Shown: in pieces, positions 1-12,066 of the stretch
How the letters are laid out: every line of letters starts with the position of its first letter
How positions within the stretch are numbered: the stretch's first letter is position 1
Source of the DNA: Epiperipatus broadwayi
Taxonomy: Eukaryota > Animalia > Onychophora
Length of the DNA: 64,000 bases
Direction: 5' to 3'
NCBI GenBank assembly: GCA_028023455.1
Contig: JAQFVV010000001.1
Coordinates: forward strand, 34,596,001 to 34,660,000
Notes under the pieces: model-generated
What the model was told of the DNA's origin: nothing
The model's database searches: none
Seen by the model: the letters and a program-made list of their open reading frames with translations, nothing else
Translations under genes and position numbers: made by a program

Positions 1-544
1 GAAATTTTTAAGGTGAATATTTCAAATCTTTTTATAGTTGTCTATATTTTATAAAATTATTTTTGCTATAATATTAAAATATTTAATTAACTTATAAAAT
101 AACTATTCTAAAATTTGTCCAACATTTTGCTTCTGTTGTGTCAATATATTTTAAAATAATAATTGTAAACTATATCCATTAACTTTGAAATGAATGTTTT
201 ATGTTATAAAGTTTTTCTACTACTAATTAGTTAAAAAAGCAAATATTCAGCTTTTTTTTTTATGACTTGCTAAGTAATGATTATTAACATATAATAAAAA
301 CTTATTAAAAAAAAATATTTTTTATTAAATAAAGCAACTTATTTATTATGCTTTCTAATTTCAGCATTATTTAATTATTTTCATAGCTCATTAATTATTT
401 TTATTACCAGCTAAATATTTAAATTTAAAAATCTTTCATTTATTTTCTATACATGAGCATACATACAATGTATCTGTGGGGGATCGAAAAAGAAATGTTT
501 AATTCTTATAACAATTTAAATATATCCATGAGCTCTGCATCATT

Positions 545-680
545 TGTATAGAATGTTTTTGCACCATCTACTCAGTTGCGTCTTTTTTCCAAGAAGTCTT
601 AGTAATGCAAGCTAGTCCCATATTAGTCTTTAATATCATTTATCTACAATTCTTATGATTTTAGTTTTTGTTTTCATCTT
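545..680 (-). mobile_element. Possible decayed 3' tail of an RTE-like LINE
   Basis: Minus frame reads EL*INDIKD*YGTSLHY*DFLEKRRN*V, resembling the RTE ORF end (W.DDIKDW.G.SL...A.DR..W). Heavily degraded. Confidence 0.3.
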
Positions 681-1417
681 GTACAGTAGAAAAATTAGTA
701 ATTTAGATATCAATTGTACCCCAAAAGTTTGCTTTCAAAACAAATAAGAATGGGGGGGGGGTCATGATAGTTTCTAATATTCAGGTACATTTATATCATT
801 TTCACGAGATAGGAAAAATATGTTGTATAAAAATATAGTAATTCAGAGGATTATTTTGTGAAAAAATTGAATTTACCTGTATGCTATATGAATCCATATA
901 TTCTCATCTGTATACAATATTTATAAGCAAAATATTTGCAAATCTATACTAAAGGTTCATTTTAAAAACAAATGATCAAAAAAAAATATGGTGAAAGTTT
1001 TTAATATCAGTAATCACAATATTACTAAAATGTGCTTAAAAAGTAATACATATTTAAATTTTTCTTTACCTCTTAATATTAGTAATTGAAAGTTATGAAT
1101 ATGAAGTTTAAATCTTAGCTTCAAAAAAACTGTTATCTCATTCTTATTTGAAATGCTCCTCTCAAGGTAATCTTGAAAAAAAAATTATAATTAAGAAGTT
1201 AAACACAAGTAACAAATTCTGAATTTTGGAAAATGGTAAAATGTTTCTTGATTAAAAGATTATAGATGAAAAAAAATTTATTTCATTGCTTATCCCATTA
1301 TATATAAAAACGTAAAAGTATATTGTTAAAAGATTTTTTTTTAATTTATATAAATATTATATATAAGTATTTCAATTTGTATTTGTGAATATATATTTAT
1401 TTATTTATTTATTGCAG

Positions 1418-1629
1418 AGGAGTTAATGCAAAAAACTTTTACTCCATTTGGTCCAATTCAAGAAATCAGAGTATTCAAGGACAAAGGATATGCTTTCATT
1501 CGATTTGCAACCAAAGAGGCTGCCACTCATGCAATTGTATCAGTCCATAATAGTGACGTGAGTGGACAAACAGTGAAGTGCTCATGGGGAAAAGAATCAA
1601 GTGATCCAATGAATCAACAACAGCCTCAG
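1418..1629 (+). CDS. TIAL1: TIA-1/TIAR family nucleolysin, internal exon encoding RRM3
   Basis: Acceptor tttattgcag|AG (phase 1). Translation (E)ELMQKTFTPFGPIQEIRVFKDKGYAFIRFATKEAATHAIVSVHNSDVSGQTVKCSWGKESSDPMNQQQPQ has RNP1 KGYAFIRF and the TIA-type VKCSWGKE end of RRM3. Phase-0 donors CAG|GTTGGA (1630) and CTG|GTAACT (1642). TIA1 versus TIAL1 cannot be separated in an invertebrate. Confidence 0.93.
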
Positions 1630-4600
1630 GTTGGAAGCCTGGTAACTAAACTAACCATCACTAACAGTAGTCATTACATTTGGAGAATGTACATAATTAT
1701 AACAATAATATTGGAAACGTGCTGTATTATTATTAATAGTAGTAGTAAGTAGGTTTAAAAGTATGTAGAATTTTATGATTGTTGTAATTATGTATTTCTC
1801 TTGTTGTGCATTTTTAAATTACTCTTACTAATTTTACTAATTTATTTTTTTCTTAGTTTTATTGTAGAATATATAAATCATACAATTATTAATAAATTCA
1901 TAAAAATGTAATTGATTTAATAGAGTATCTGTGTGTAAAATCACATGTCATCACTTTGTGTTATTTATAAAAATATTGCACTTTCATTGATCTTTTTTTT
2001 TTTCTATCAGCATTGAAATAATCTTAGGAAGACAGTGTGCATGTGTCAATTACTAAATTAATTTTTATACAGGAATCAAAAATTAAATTATTATGGATAA
2101 TTTAAAGATTAGAAAACAGCAGTTGCCAGACTAGGATAGAGGGGGGTTGTGTGGTGTTTCTTGATTGCTCCAAAAGGATTCAGCCTTTTTCAAATTGTTT
2201 GTTTAACTCTACTATCGAGGATTCTCTTATTTTTCTTATATTCTGAAAGGCTTCAAAATTTCTGTAAATCTAATACTGTAATTAGATTTATTTATTTTTT
2301 TGCATATAAGAATCAAGGATGGGTTTCAAAATAATTGAATCTAAAAAAACTCTAAAAGAATAAGGTCAGTCAATTTTTGAAGACACATCTAATAAAAAAA
2401 AATTGTTTCTGTTCTTTCCTACATAGAGCCAAGACCTATAAATAACTTTGCAATAATGTTATCATGCACTTTATATTACTGAATTATTTGAATTCCAATT
2501 ATCACACATTTTACAATGGTAATAAAAATGCTTCTTAAGTTTGATTTTAATCCAGACTTAATTGTTGATTTAATTTTTCCCTCATATTCAAATCAACAGC
2601 ATTTTGGTCCCTTATCAAAATTCTCAAGTCCATGGCTTTAATTAAATTGTACTGTGGAAATTTATTATATATATATATATATATTTAGTTTAAGATGATT
2701 TCAAATAAATTGAAAACTAAAGATAGAAATGATAGTCATTAATAATATTTCTGTAGTATAATTTTCACTATTGATTATATTCTTTGAAGAGCTGATAATT
2801 CTCCAGAATTATGACAATTAATGAATTTTATTATAAATTAATTGGAAAAAAAAAATTATGTGTATTAATAGACTATCACCCCACTCTTATAAATAAGATT
2901 TAAAATTGAATGAATAAATTAATAGAACCATAATCATATTGCAATTAAAAATTATATAAAGATTCTGAAAAATATCATTTGTATAATTTTACAAGTTTGA
3001 GAAATTGTTTATTTTATATTTTTAAAGATGGATTATTTTAATATTAAATAATAGAATTTTTTTCAATATTACTATATGGGGAAAAAACAACTAATAAGCA
3101 ATTAATTTTGTAACTTATAGTAATTGATGCATTTGCAATTTTTTTATTTATAAAAATTTAAAAAGTTATAATGATTTTTTCAAAAAATTTAATTTCATTT
3201 TTGTGAAATTAGAAAACTACAGTTAGTCAATTAAAAACATGATAATTCACTCATCACATAAGTTTTTAAATAGACACTTAAAATAATCTAACTAAATATT
3301 TTTGGTAAATAATTTCAATTTACAAAAAGTGATAACACTAATATACACGAAATAATTTTATTACATGCTTTAGGTCAGTATTTTCCATGTATTTATTCAA
3401 CAATGCATTAATTACTCCGTTATTCTTTTTTTTATCAATTTTAGCTATTTAAATACAATTATTGCAGTGTGTACTCCAAATAAAACTTATTATTATCTAT
3501 CTTTTTTTGCTGGCATATGCTTGTATCTCTTAAAAATTATCTGTGTCATTTATGATTTAATATTTTTGCATGTTTTTTATTACCAAATGTAAATGTAACA
3601 AATAACATTGTTGACTGAACATAAATTAATCCCCATGAGTTATGCATGTTAATCGTTCTAAAATGTTTTTAACATTTGGATTAATTGTAAATATTGAATA
3701 TATTTATAATAAATGTTATTTTATCATAACCATGACATATGCCTTAAATTTAAATTATAATATTTAAAGAAAAAATTGGTTGGTATTATATTGCAGAAAA
3801 GTAAACCTAACTTTGAATGCACTATTATTTTGAAATATCTTTAGTAATGGGTTGGCAAAGAGTGAATTTGACTATACATCTGTAATAGAATGTTTTTATA
3901 TTCATCTTGAAAGTCATTGTTTACTCTGGTTGTTTGTATATGAGTAATAGTAGTATTTTCGATTCATATATATATATATAAAGTTTTTGGTAGACTTCTA
4001 AGGCTTCTATGGGTTAAAATTGAATGTGTTATAACTAGTGATAACTATATATATATTTACTAAATTATTAACGTTATATTTGCTGTTCCTTTTGATAAAT
4101 TTAACCAGCAAATATAAATTATCACTCCTAGTACTATGACACTAGATATTTTAATTTTAGTCATTTGATATGATCTGACCAGAATTGAAGGCTTTTTTTT
4201 TTTCAGTTTCATAGATATATAACTATCTGGAAAATGTATGCTGCCTAAATACTAGAAAGATATTTTACATCCTGTTTCCGACTATCAAATTGCAAAATTA
4301 TTTGATTGGATAGGAAAATCAGTTGTTTTGGATATCTTCAGATATTAAAATTATATGTAGACTTTGCACAGCTTTTTTTTAATTAGAATTTAATTGGAAT
4401 TTAGGATTGCTATGGATAATTTTGAATTATTCCTTTTTTTTTTTTTTTATTTACAGCTATTACATACTTCGTATAATTCTTATATGTAATTTACTTATTT
4501 GTTAGTATGATGTAGACCAGTTCATATAATGAAATGCAGATTTGAGTTTAAGTCATATATTTTATGAACTTTTTTTTGTGTGTACTAGGACTCTATCTTT

Positions 4601-5442
4601 AAATTTTATGACAAGCCATTGACATTTCTCTTATAATCTCAGAGTGACATTTTTTTCAAATATCTTTTTGTATATCTTTCAGTATACTAGAATTTATCAT
4701 ATATATTGAATCTTACTAGATTGATCTTTTTTTATATATTTTTGTTTCTTTTCCAACTTTCTTTCTCTACATTATATATTTGAATATATTGTAATCCAGT
4801 GCTTTTGGCACTTGGTTTCATTTAACATTATTTATGCATGAAAGTGATGTTATTCTTTAGAAAAATAAAATAAAAGAAATACTATTTGGTTAATAAAGTC
4901 TGCTATCCCTTTTACCTAGACATGGTTTGTGTGAATAAACAATATGTTCCCCAATGTAATATCATGTTTTTAAAATGATAGAATAATCTAAGTAAGATAT
5001 TGGTATAAGAGCAAGTTAATATAATTTAAAACAAATGCAATAAACTGCACTTAGTTCTAAAATGGTTATATAAAGAAAAGAAAACCATAAATGTCAATTA
5101 AGTAAATTTTAAGATAGTATTGTTTTGAAGAAAAAAAAGTAACTTTTGATTAATTTATTTTGAAGAAAATAATTTCATGTGTAATTATAATCACAAATAA
5201 TTATTGTTGGTTTGAATGTATTTATTATTTTCATTTATTAAACTGTTTTGTAATACATTTTAAATAATATTGAAAACTACATGATTCTAATAAGTTATAC
5301 TTTTTTTTTTGTTTATGTTGTAATCAAATTAGATTTTTTTTTTTTGGTAGAGGTCATTGGGGTAAGAGAATGACCAATTATAACAATTGGAATGAAAGTG
5401 AAGATCGAAACTAACCGCAAACTACGATATCTGCTCTACAAG

Positions 5443-5454
5443 GCGCCATCTAGG
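5443..5454 (-). promoter_or_regulatory. CTCF-like (or YY1-like) motif CCTAGATGGCGC
   Basis: The + strand gcgccatctagg resembles the insect CTCF core CTAGATGGCGC. It lies in a CpG-retaining stretch. Confidence 0.35.
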
Positions 5455-5769
5455 CATTTAAACCTAGAAAAATTTATAGAGTAGGCAGATACGCGCTGTT
5501 AAGATTCCACTTTATCTAAATATTCCGATCATTAGCCCAAGTCACTAGCTCAGCGGAGACGCAGAGATAAAAATCTATATCTTAATTTATATCTTAAATA
5601 TCAATAAATAAAAGCCACTGCCAGAAATGAACACATAAAAATATTTATTTACGCACATATAAAATAACATTTAAATTTTGAGGAATAAGTTTAACATTTT
5701 AGATTTTTATATTAACTTTTAATTTTACATTTAACTAAGTTTCAATGAGTTTAATATTTTATTTAGATA

Positions 5770-6560
5770 GTCAAGTATGAATAGACTACATAGATCTGCA
5801 TTTGAAAAGAAAATATTCTTCCCTGATTTAACCTTAGGCAACAAATTTCGCAACCAAACTGGCGCCAATCCATCTGATACATTCATGTATTCAATGTAGC
5901 ATGATACGACAACACAAAATACTATACTGTCAGGAATGTACATCTGAACAATAAGTAGAAATAGAGAAGACATTGACTCTCCACCAACAGGAATGTTACA
6001 TCTGTTGGCAAGTAGAACAATAAACAAAAAACTCCATAGGAATGGACTGCTGTCTTCTGCCGACTTACAAACCCATCCATAGGCAAACAGAGGGTGTGTG
6101 GCGTATATATGCAATCCTGCCCTTAGCGGATCTCATACTACATCTACTAATTACACAAATATATCCAATCCATTGAGCCAATTCAACTACGAAACGAATA
6201 ACCTAAGATTACCCTCCCTTAATATAACTTTACAAAACTATATAGCCATTCACGCCCAACTTAAATTTAACATTTAGATACGTTCGCACAAATGAATTTT
6301 ATAAAATTTGTTTTAAAATGTTGAGTATAGATCAGTTGCACGGATTCCACGGTCAAAAACATTCCAAATTAAACACAACCGATCAAAATACAAAGTCATC
6401 GATAAACGTCACTTGCATAGGGAATATACAAATCCCATTAGCATTCATGTAAGATGCTGCAGTGATATCGTTGACCCATATATTCTAATCGAATGTGAAA
6501 ACCACAACATAATCAACCGCTAAAGAATCTATGCAACGTCTATACCCAAACTAAATTTCA
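5770..6560 (+). mobile_element. Decayed non-LTR retrotransposon ORF2 C-terminal (CCHC zinc-knuckle-like) fragments
   Basis: Frameshifted readings KLHRNGLLSSA..CRL..EGVW.I..SCP (~6030-6130) and HLHREYTNPISIHVRCCSDIVDPYILIECENHNIINR (~6410-6520) resemble the L.R.G...S..C..C...ET..H.L.EC motif of LINE tails. Confidence 0.35.
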
Positions 6561-9500
6561 TCATTTAAAATTTAAACAATAAACAATTTATACAATAAGA
6601 AAAAAAAAATGGAAATGATTTTTATCAATCGGAAAACATAAAATTAAACATTATTAATTTGATTTTAAACTTAAAAAAGTCACATGGAAGTTCATAAACT
6701 TGAACGAAAGTTCTTAATTATTTTTAAATTTAGAGTTCATGTCAATGTAGCTTACGGTAGAAGAGTCCAGGTTTCTGCTTTTAATTCCCGTGACGCCTCC
6801 ATTGGAAGATAATGTTCTGGAGATGGCAATAGCTGGTTCAAGGTATCACAGTCTTTTTCTTTTTTAAATAGAGAGTGTGGTATGTGCGTCCTACCACAAC
6901 TCTCAAAACACCCAACGCTGGAACTGTCCGAAAAAACTGTATTTCCCTTTTTATATTATCCACACGGATTCAATCAACAAAACATCACTAATCCATCACT
7001 TTCGTTAGGGTCCGAGCCAAGGCTTAGTGCTTCCATTGGTCAAGCTAAAATCTCTTTATTCTCTTATCTAATTTACTCTCTGACTTTTTAATTAGACAGC
7101 TTTTGGATAATTAATAAACAATCATTTACAGATTACAGGAATTAATTAATACCTGTTTTTATTTTTACTTACGTTATTTCTTTTTTAAACCATTTTTATA
7201 TTTAAATCTTTTTTTATAAAAAAAATACATTCAAATACCTTTTTTTATTTATTAAAAAAAAATATTTTTAAAGTTTAGCATCTGTGCGAATGTATATACG
7301 TTTAACAATATTTTAATTTTAGCGTTTAGTTTTTTTTTCTTTTTAATACACTTATTTTTATATGCGAACTTACAAGTTTTTATTTCAATTTAATGTAACG
7401 ACATATTTATATATCGTTACACAATAAATACTCATTTCATTTATTTTTTAGATAGTCTGCTTCTGTTCTTCATAGTTAACAGTACTAAATTTTGTAACAT
7501 TATTATTTTCTAATTTTGTAAAAATAAATTTGTAATATAATGGAAGTTCCATCTACAATGTTCAGGTAAAAATTTTGGTAAGACTCTGTATCTTTGTTAT
7601 CTGTATCATTTAAAACTTTCTGCATTATAAATTATCGTGTCTTGAAAGTTAGATTTTTTTTAAAACAAAACTAAAATGGAGGAATTAACCAAAAGTATAA
7701 ATAAAATTTTTGTTTTATCTAAAGTAAGGAAAACAAATGTTTTTCAAGTTAGAAACTAATTATTTAATGACTTATTCTTCTTTGTTAATATTTCCCTGGT
7801 ATAAAAGAAAAATAAATAAAGGAAATATTAAAAAAAAAAAAAAGAACTGGAAACATTTTCCTGCGTTTTTTAAAAAATATCATCTGCTTTTATAAATAAT
7901 GAAGGTGTTTTGTACATTGGAATATATTTGACTCATTAATAATCGTCTAGGGAGAAAAATTTTGAAAAAATAATAATAAATTATATACATGCGGGTTTGT
8001 TTGTTTTTTTTTTAAAAAAAAAAGACTTATTTGAAATAAATGTGACGATTAAATATACATGTATTCTTTGAAAGAAAAATACTATTTGAAAGTAAAGTAC
8101 TAAAATTATGAAAGACAACTTAATATCTTTAGTGACTTGAGAATAAAATTAAATGTTATATTGTATCCATAGCGGAATTTTTATAGCTTTATTCATTCTC
8201 TAATTCAACTGCAGTTATTATAATACTAATTTCTAGGAAACTGCGCATCTTCTTCAATGTTCTAGCTAGCTAACTATACGTATAGTCTTCAAATAATGTG
8301 TCTGTTTATCGTTAATGTTATAATATTCTTTTTTTTTTAGGATCCAGATCTTTATCATTATAATCCAATTGGGAATTAAGCTTCGTTTCTACTACTTTTT
8401 TTTTACATGTTTATTATTATAATTGCTAAGGAAAAAAAAACTTTTCATTAAAAAAAAAAAATGTGTTTATTACTTTCAGTGCTTTGTAGAATGTGACCAG
8501 ATGGAAACTCTTCACCTGGATAGACAGCTCAGTTAGAGAAATGGTTCTGCTAATGAGATAATGTGCATTTATTTATTTAATGTTTTTTTTTTTTAAAAGA
8601 AAAAACTAATTGGTAAAATTTTATTTTGTCTATAATATTAATGTATGTTAAAGTGTATATTTATTACATAATATTTTAAGGATCTTGTAATGACAAGTGT
8701 AGGTCTTACTATCATTACTTTGGGTTAAGTTTATATTTGATATGAAGTGATACCTATGAAATATATGATTTATTACATGCAACTGGAGATATGAACTTTG
8801 CATGCTAGATATCTAAAGAAAATTGTTTTATATATTTTTTTCAACAGGTAAAACAGTACTTTAAATTTATCAGAAGTAACTATTTAATAAAAAATATAAA
8901 GAAAAATGCTATAACAATATATTTCTTGTTTAAAGTCAACAGAATTTATATTGTATTAATTAAATAATTTAGTAACAGTTATTCTTTAATAGTACGTCCA
9001 CTTTATTTTAGTTTAAGCTTGTATGCTATACATTGCTGTCGAATATTCATTAGAATTAAATTTATACTTTTCTGCATGTTATGTACAGTCGCGGGGCTGA
9101 GACGTGTAATTTTAATTAACTGGTTTCAGATAGTGATTGAAGTATACATTTTAATATAGGTTTATTATCTTGCCTAAGTGTAGAATTGGTATATGTTAAT
9201 ATCAGCATATTTTAATATTTATAATGTATTTTGTTTTGTGGGATGGAGATGTTCTCCCCAAAATACTTTATTTTCCATTAGAGGATTAGTTTTCATATAG
9301 TGTTATGGTATGTTTGATAGTCAATGTGATCAAGTCTCATGAAGAGAATGATCCAGAGTATATATAATATTTAGTATAATTAATGTGTTTATCCCAAGAG
9401 AGGATTATTTTTGGTGCATGTTTTTTCCTTTAGGTGGTGAGATAGATTCCACACCTATACATTTTTATGCCTGAGAAATAGACTAGAAACCACCAAATGC

Positions 9501-11540
9501 TTCACTGTAGTATTTTACTCTGCAGACATTAGTTGTTATTTTTGCATTCCTCATGTGAAATTAAATATATCTTTCCACCATAGAAGGTGTAGATTATTGT
9601 GCTCTGTTTAAAAGTTATGGCGAGGATAAATGTTGGATTTGAGGTGTTAGTTCCTCAAGGTGCACTTTATTTTCAGTAGTGCCTTAGTAATTGGGATTAA
9701 TATATGTATTGTGCTACTGAGCCTTGCTAGTAATTCACAAGCAAACCAATGTAATAAAATTAATCTACAATTGCGTATTAAAATGCTTATTTATTAAAGG
9801 AATATTCGAACACAATATTTGTGTTATTAATAGTTAAGAAATATTCTTAGCTTGAATTTAGTCATTTATGATTAAAATATTTATCATAATTTATGTGGAC
9901 ACTAAGTTAAGCATGAAATGGTGAGTGGGACTTCTGATAAATGACCCGTAATTAGTTATAATTTGTCTAATTATAAACTGTAACTTGGTTAACTTTATTA
10001 GTAATAAATTTAATATTTTAAAAGAATTGTATTTGAACCCAGTTTATTAGGTTACACAAATAATAAGCAATTACTTTTGTGTATTTCATATCGTAACAGT
10101 AATAAAAAAAAAAATTAGTTAGCCCTATAATTAAAGGTTAGAGATTTATTTTATAGAAAGTTTACTAAAATTATAAATCAGTGTAGTGGTAAATTAGCTG
10201 CACATTTTAGCTAGTTACTCCAGTGTGCTAGCTGGATTCTAATCATATAGGAATTTATTATTTTAATTTATAACCCTGGTAGAGGACAGCTTAATGTATT
10301 TGTAGTATCAATATTATATTATTTAATAAATTTGTTTGTTTCGTTCTGTGTTGATAATAAATTGTAGTCTTATTCAATATTCATTGTCAAGTTTTGTTTT
10401 TTTTTTTGTATGCCAAGGATAAGTGTGTTTGCAAAATATTTGCAAAACATTTTTTTTTTCAGTCCTAAATCATTTCAAATTTTAGAAATCTTAATATATC
10501 AGATAGACAAATTTATGCAGATCTGAATATTTCACTTTGATTGTAGTTATTTTATGGGAATTGCAAACTTCAGACTAAACATTATTTAATTGAAAAAATG
10601 AATTTATTTCCAACTTATTAACCCTGACTGCACATTATCCCAGTTACAATTAGTTAAATTGTTGAATTAATTAGTTTTAGTTAATTTATTGTGTTATTAT
10701 GGATGATGAAAGGATACAAAAGGTACCCTTGTCTTTCTATTATTCTGGCTGAGATTCTGGATAAAAAAAGCTGTATTATTCAAAATTTTGTCATTATTGA
10801 TCATATTTATCACCCCTTTCAATAGTTATAATAGTTGTTATGATATGTGAGGACACATTAGCTTTTATGTAAAGTGAATGTTTCCTATAGCTTACCAGAA
10901 TGCCAGTCATGTGTGACAGCACAGTACTGTAGAGTATTTTCCTAAAACCCTGAAATTATCATTATCATTATTCCTTACTTAAGAAGTGACCGATTATTAT
11001 TGATATTACAGTTGTGTTGTGGCATAAAAGAGTTTAATTTTCAATTGTGCTATAAGAAAGGTATTTTCAAATCATATTGGTGAATAATTTACATAATAGA
11101 TATTAAAAATAAAAAAAACATTAACAAAAACATGAGAAGTTATCATTATTGTTTAAAGGTGCAAATATTTATAGCTCAGAGAATGTGTTTTTGATAAAGA
11201 GAAAATATTATTTTTATTCTAAATTATTAATTAGGGAATGATTGCAGTTTTCTCTCTCTCTTCCCCAAGTTTTTTATTTTACTAATGATAATTTATTTTA
11301 TGATTTTAATTTATTTATTTATTTTAATTGCATTTCTCTGCAGCTGAATTTTTATAACTAACGGACCACTGAGCATAGTCTGCGTTTTCATTTATAAATG
11401 TATATTCATTTAATCAGAGTCTCAAAGTAATAGTTATTTATTTTTAGGTGAAATGAATATTTTCCACTAAGTTAAATTAGGTTAGAATTAGGATGCATCA
11501 TTCAAGTTAGCTAGTTGAATGAATATTTGGAAGGTTAGAA

Positions 11541-12066
11541 TATATATACAAGTACAAAAACTGTATTAAGAGCAAAGCGTTATTAACATTAAGAATACTG
11601 AAGTGCTTAGCATACTTTTGACTGATAATCAGCATAAACATAACACAATGGTTGTAACAGAGATGTAGGAATAAGACACTGTTTAAAGATTACAAAAATA
11701 GCATATTGTTTGAATAGTGCATTAATTAGTTAGAGCAACCACTTTTTGGAAAAGGGAATACAGGGTTTTTTCCTATTGATGGCATAATTATCTTTGGAAA
11801 TGTTTTAAGCCTCCTTGAACTTTCACTTGACATCTTTGCATCCCGAGCAAACAATGCTGAAACATGTGGGCTCGAATCGATAACTAGAATTAATGAAATG
11901 CTTGAAAAATAAAACAGAATTAGCATCTAAAGTGTTTTTGCCTGGTTATACATGTATTTATGCTGAGCCAATCGGGTGGACAGTTGAAAGCATGCTAAGT
12001 ACTACAGTATTGTTAATGTTAATAAAGCTTTGCTCTTAATACAGTTTTTGTATTTGCATATATATA
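11541..12066. mobile_element. MITE/foldback element with ~100-120-bp terminal inverted repeats, in (TA)n flanks
   Basis: tacaaaaactgtattaagagcaaagc.ttattaacattaa.aatactg.agt.cttagcat (from ~11553) is the reverse complement of ~11990-12055. Confidence 0.8.

Noticed and set aside
1630-1752. Read-through of the RRM3 ORF to a stop at 1752 (TKLTITNSSHYIW...)
   Set aside because: The sequence after the donors is AT-rich intron with no TIA-like character. It is relevant only if the intron is retained.
10703-10752. C/D snoRNA candidate (ATGATGA...CTGA) with weak similarity to an 18S-complementary guide
   Set aside because: C-to-D span is only 50 nt, there is no terminal stem or C'/D' boxes, and pairing needs several G-U pairs.
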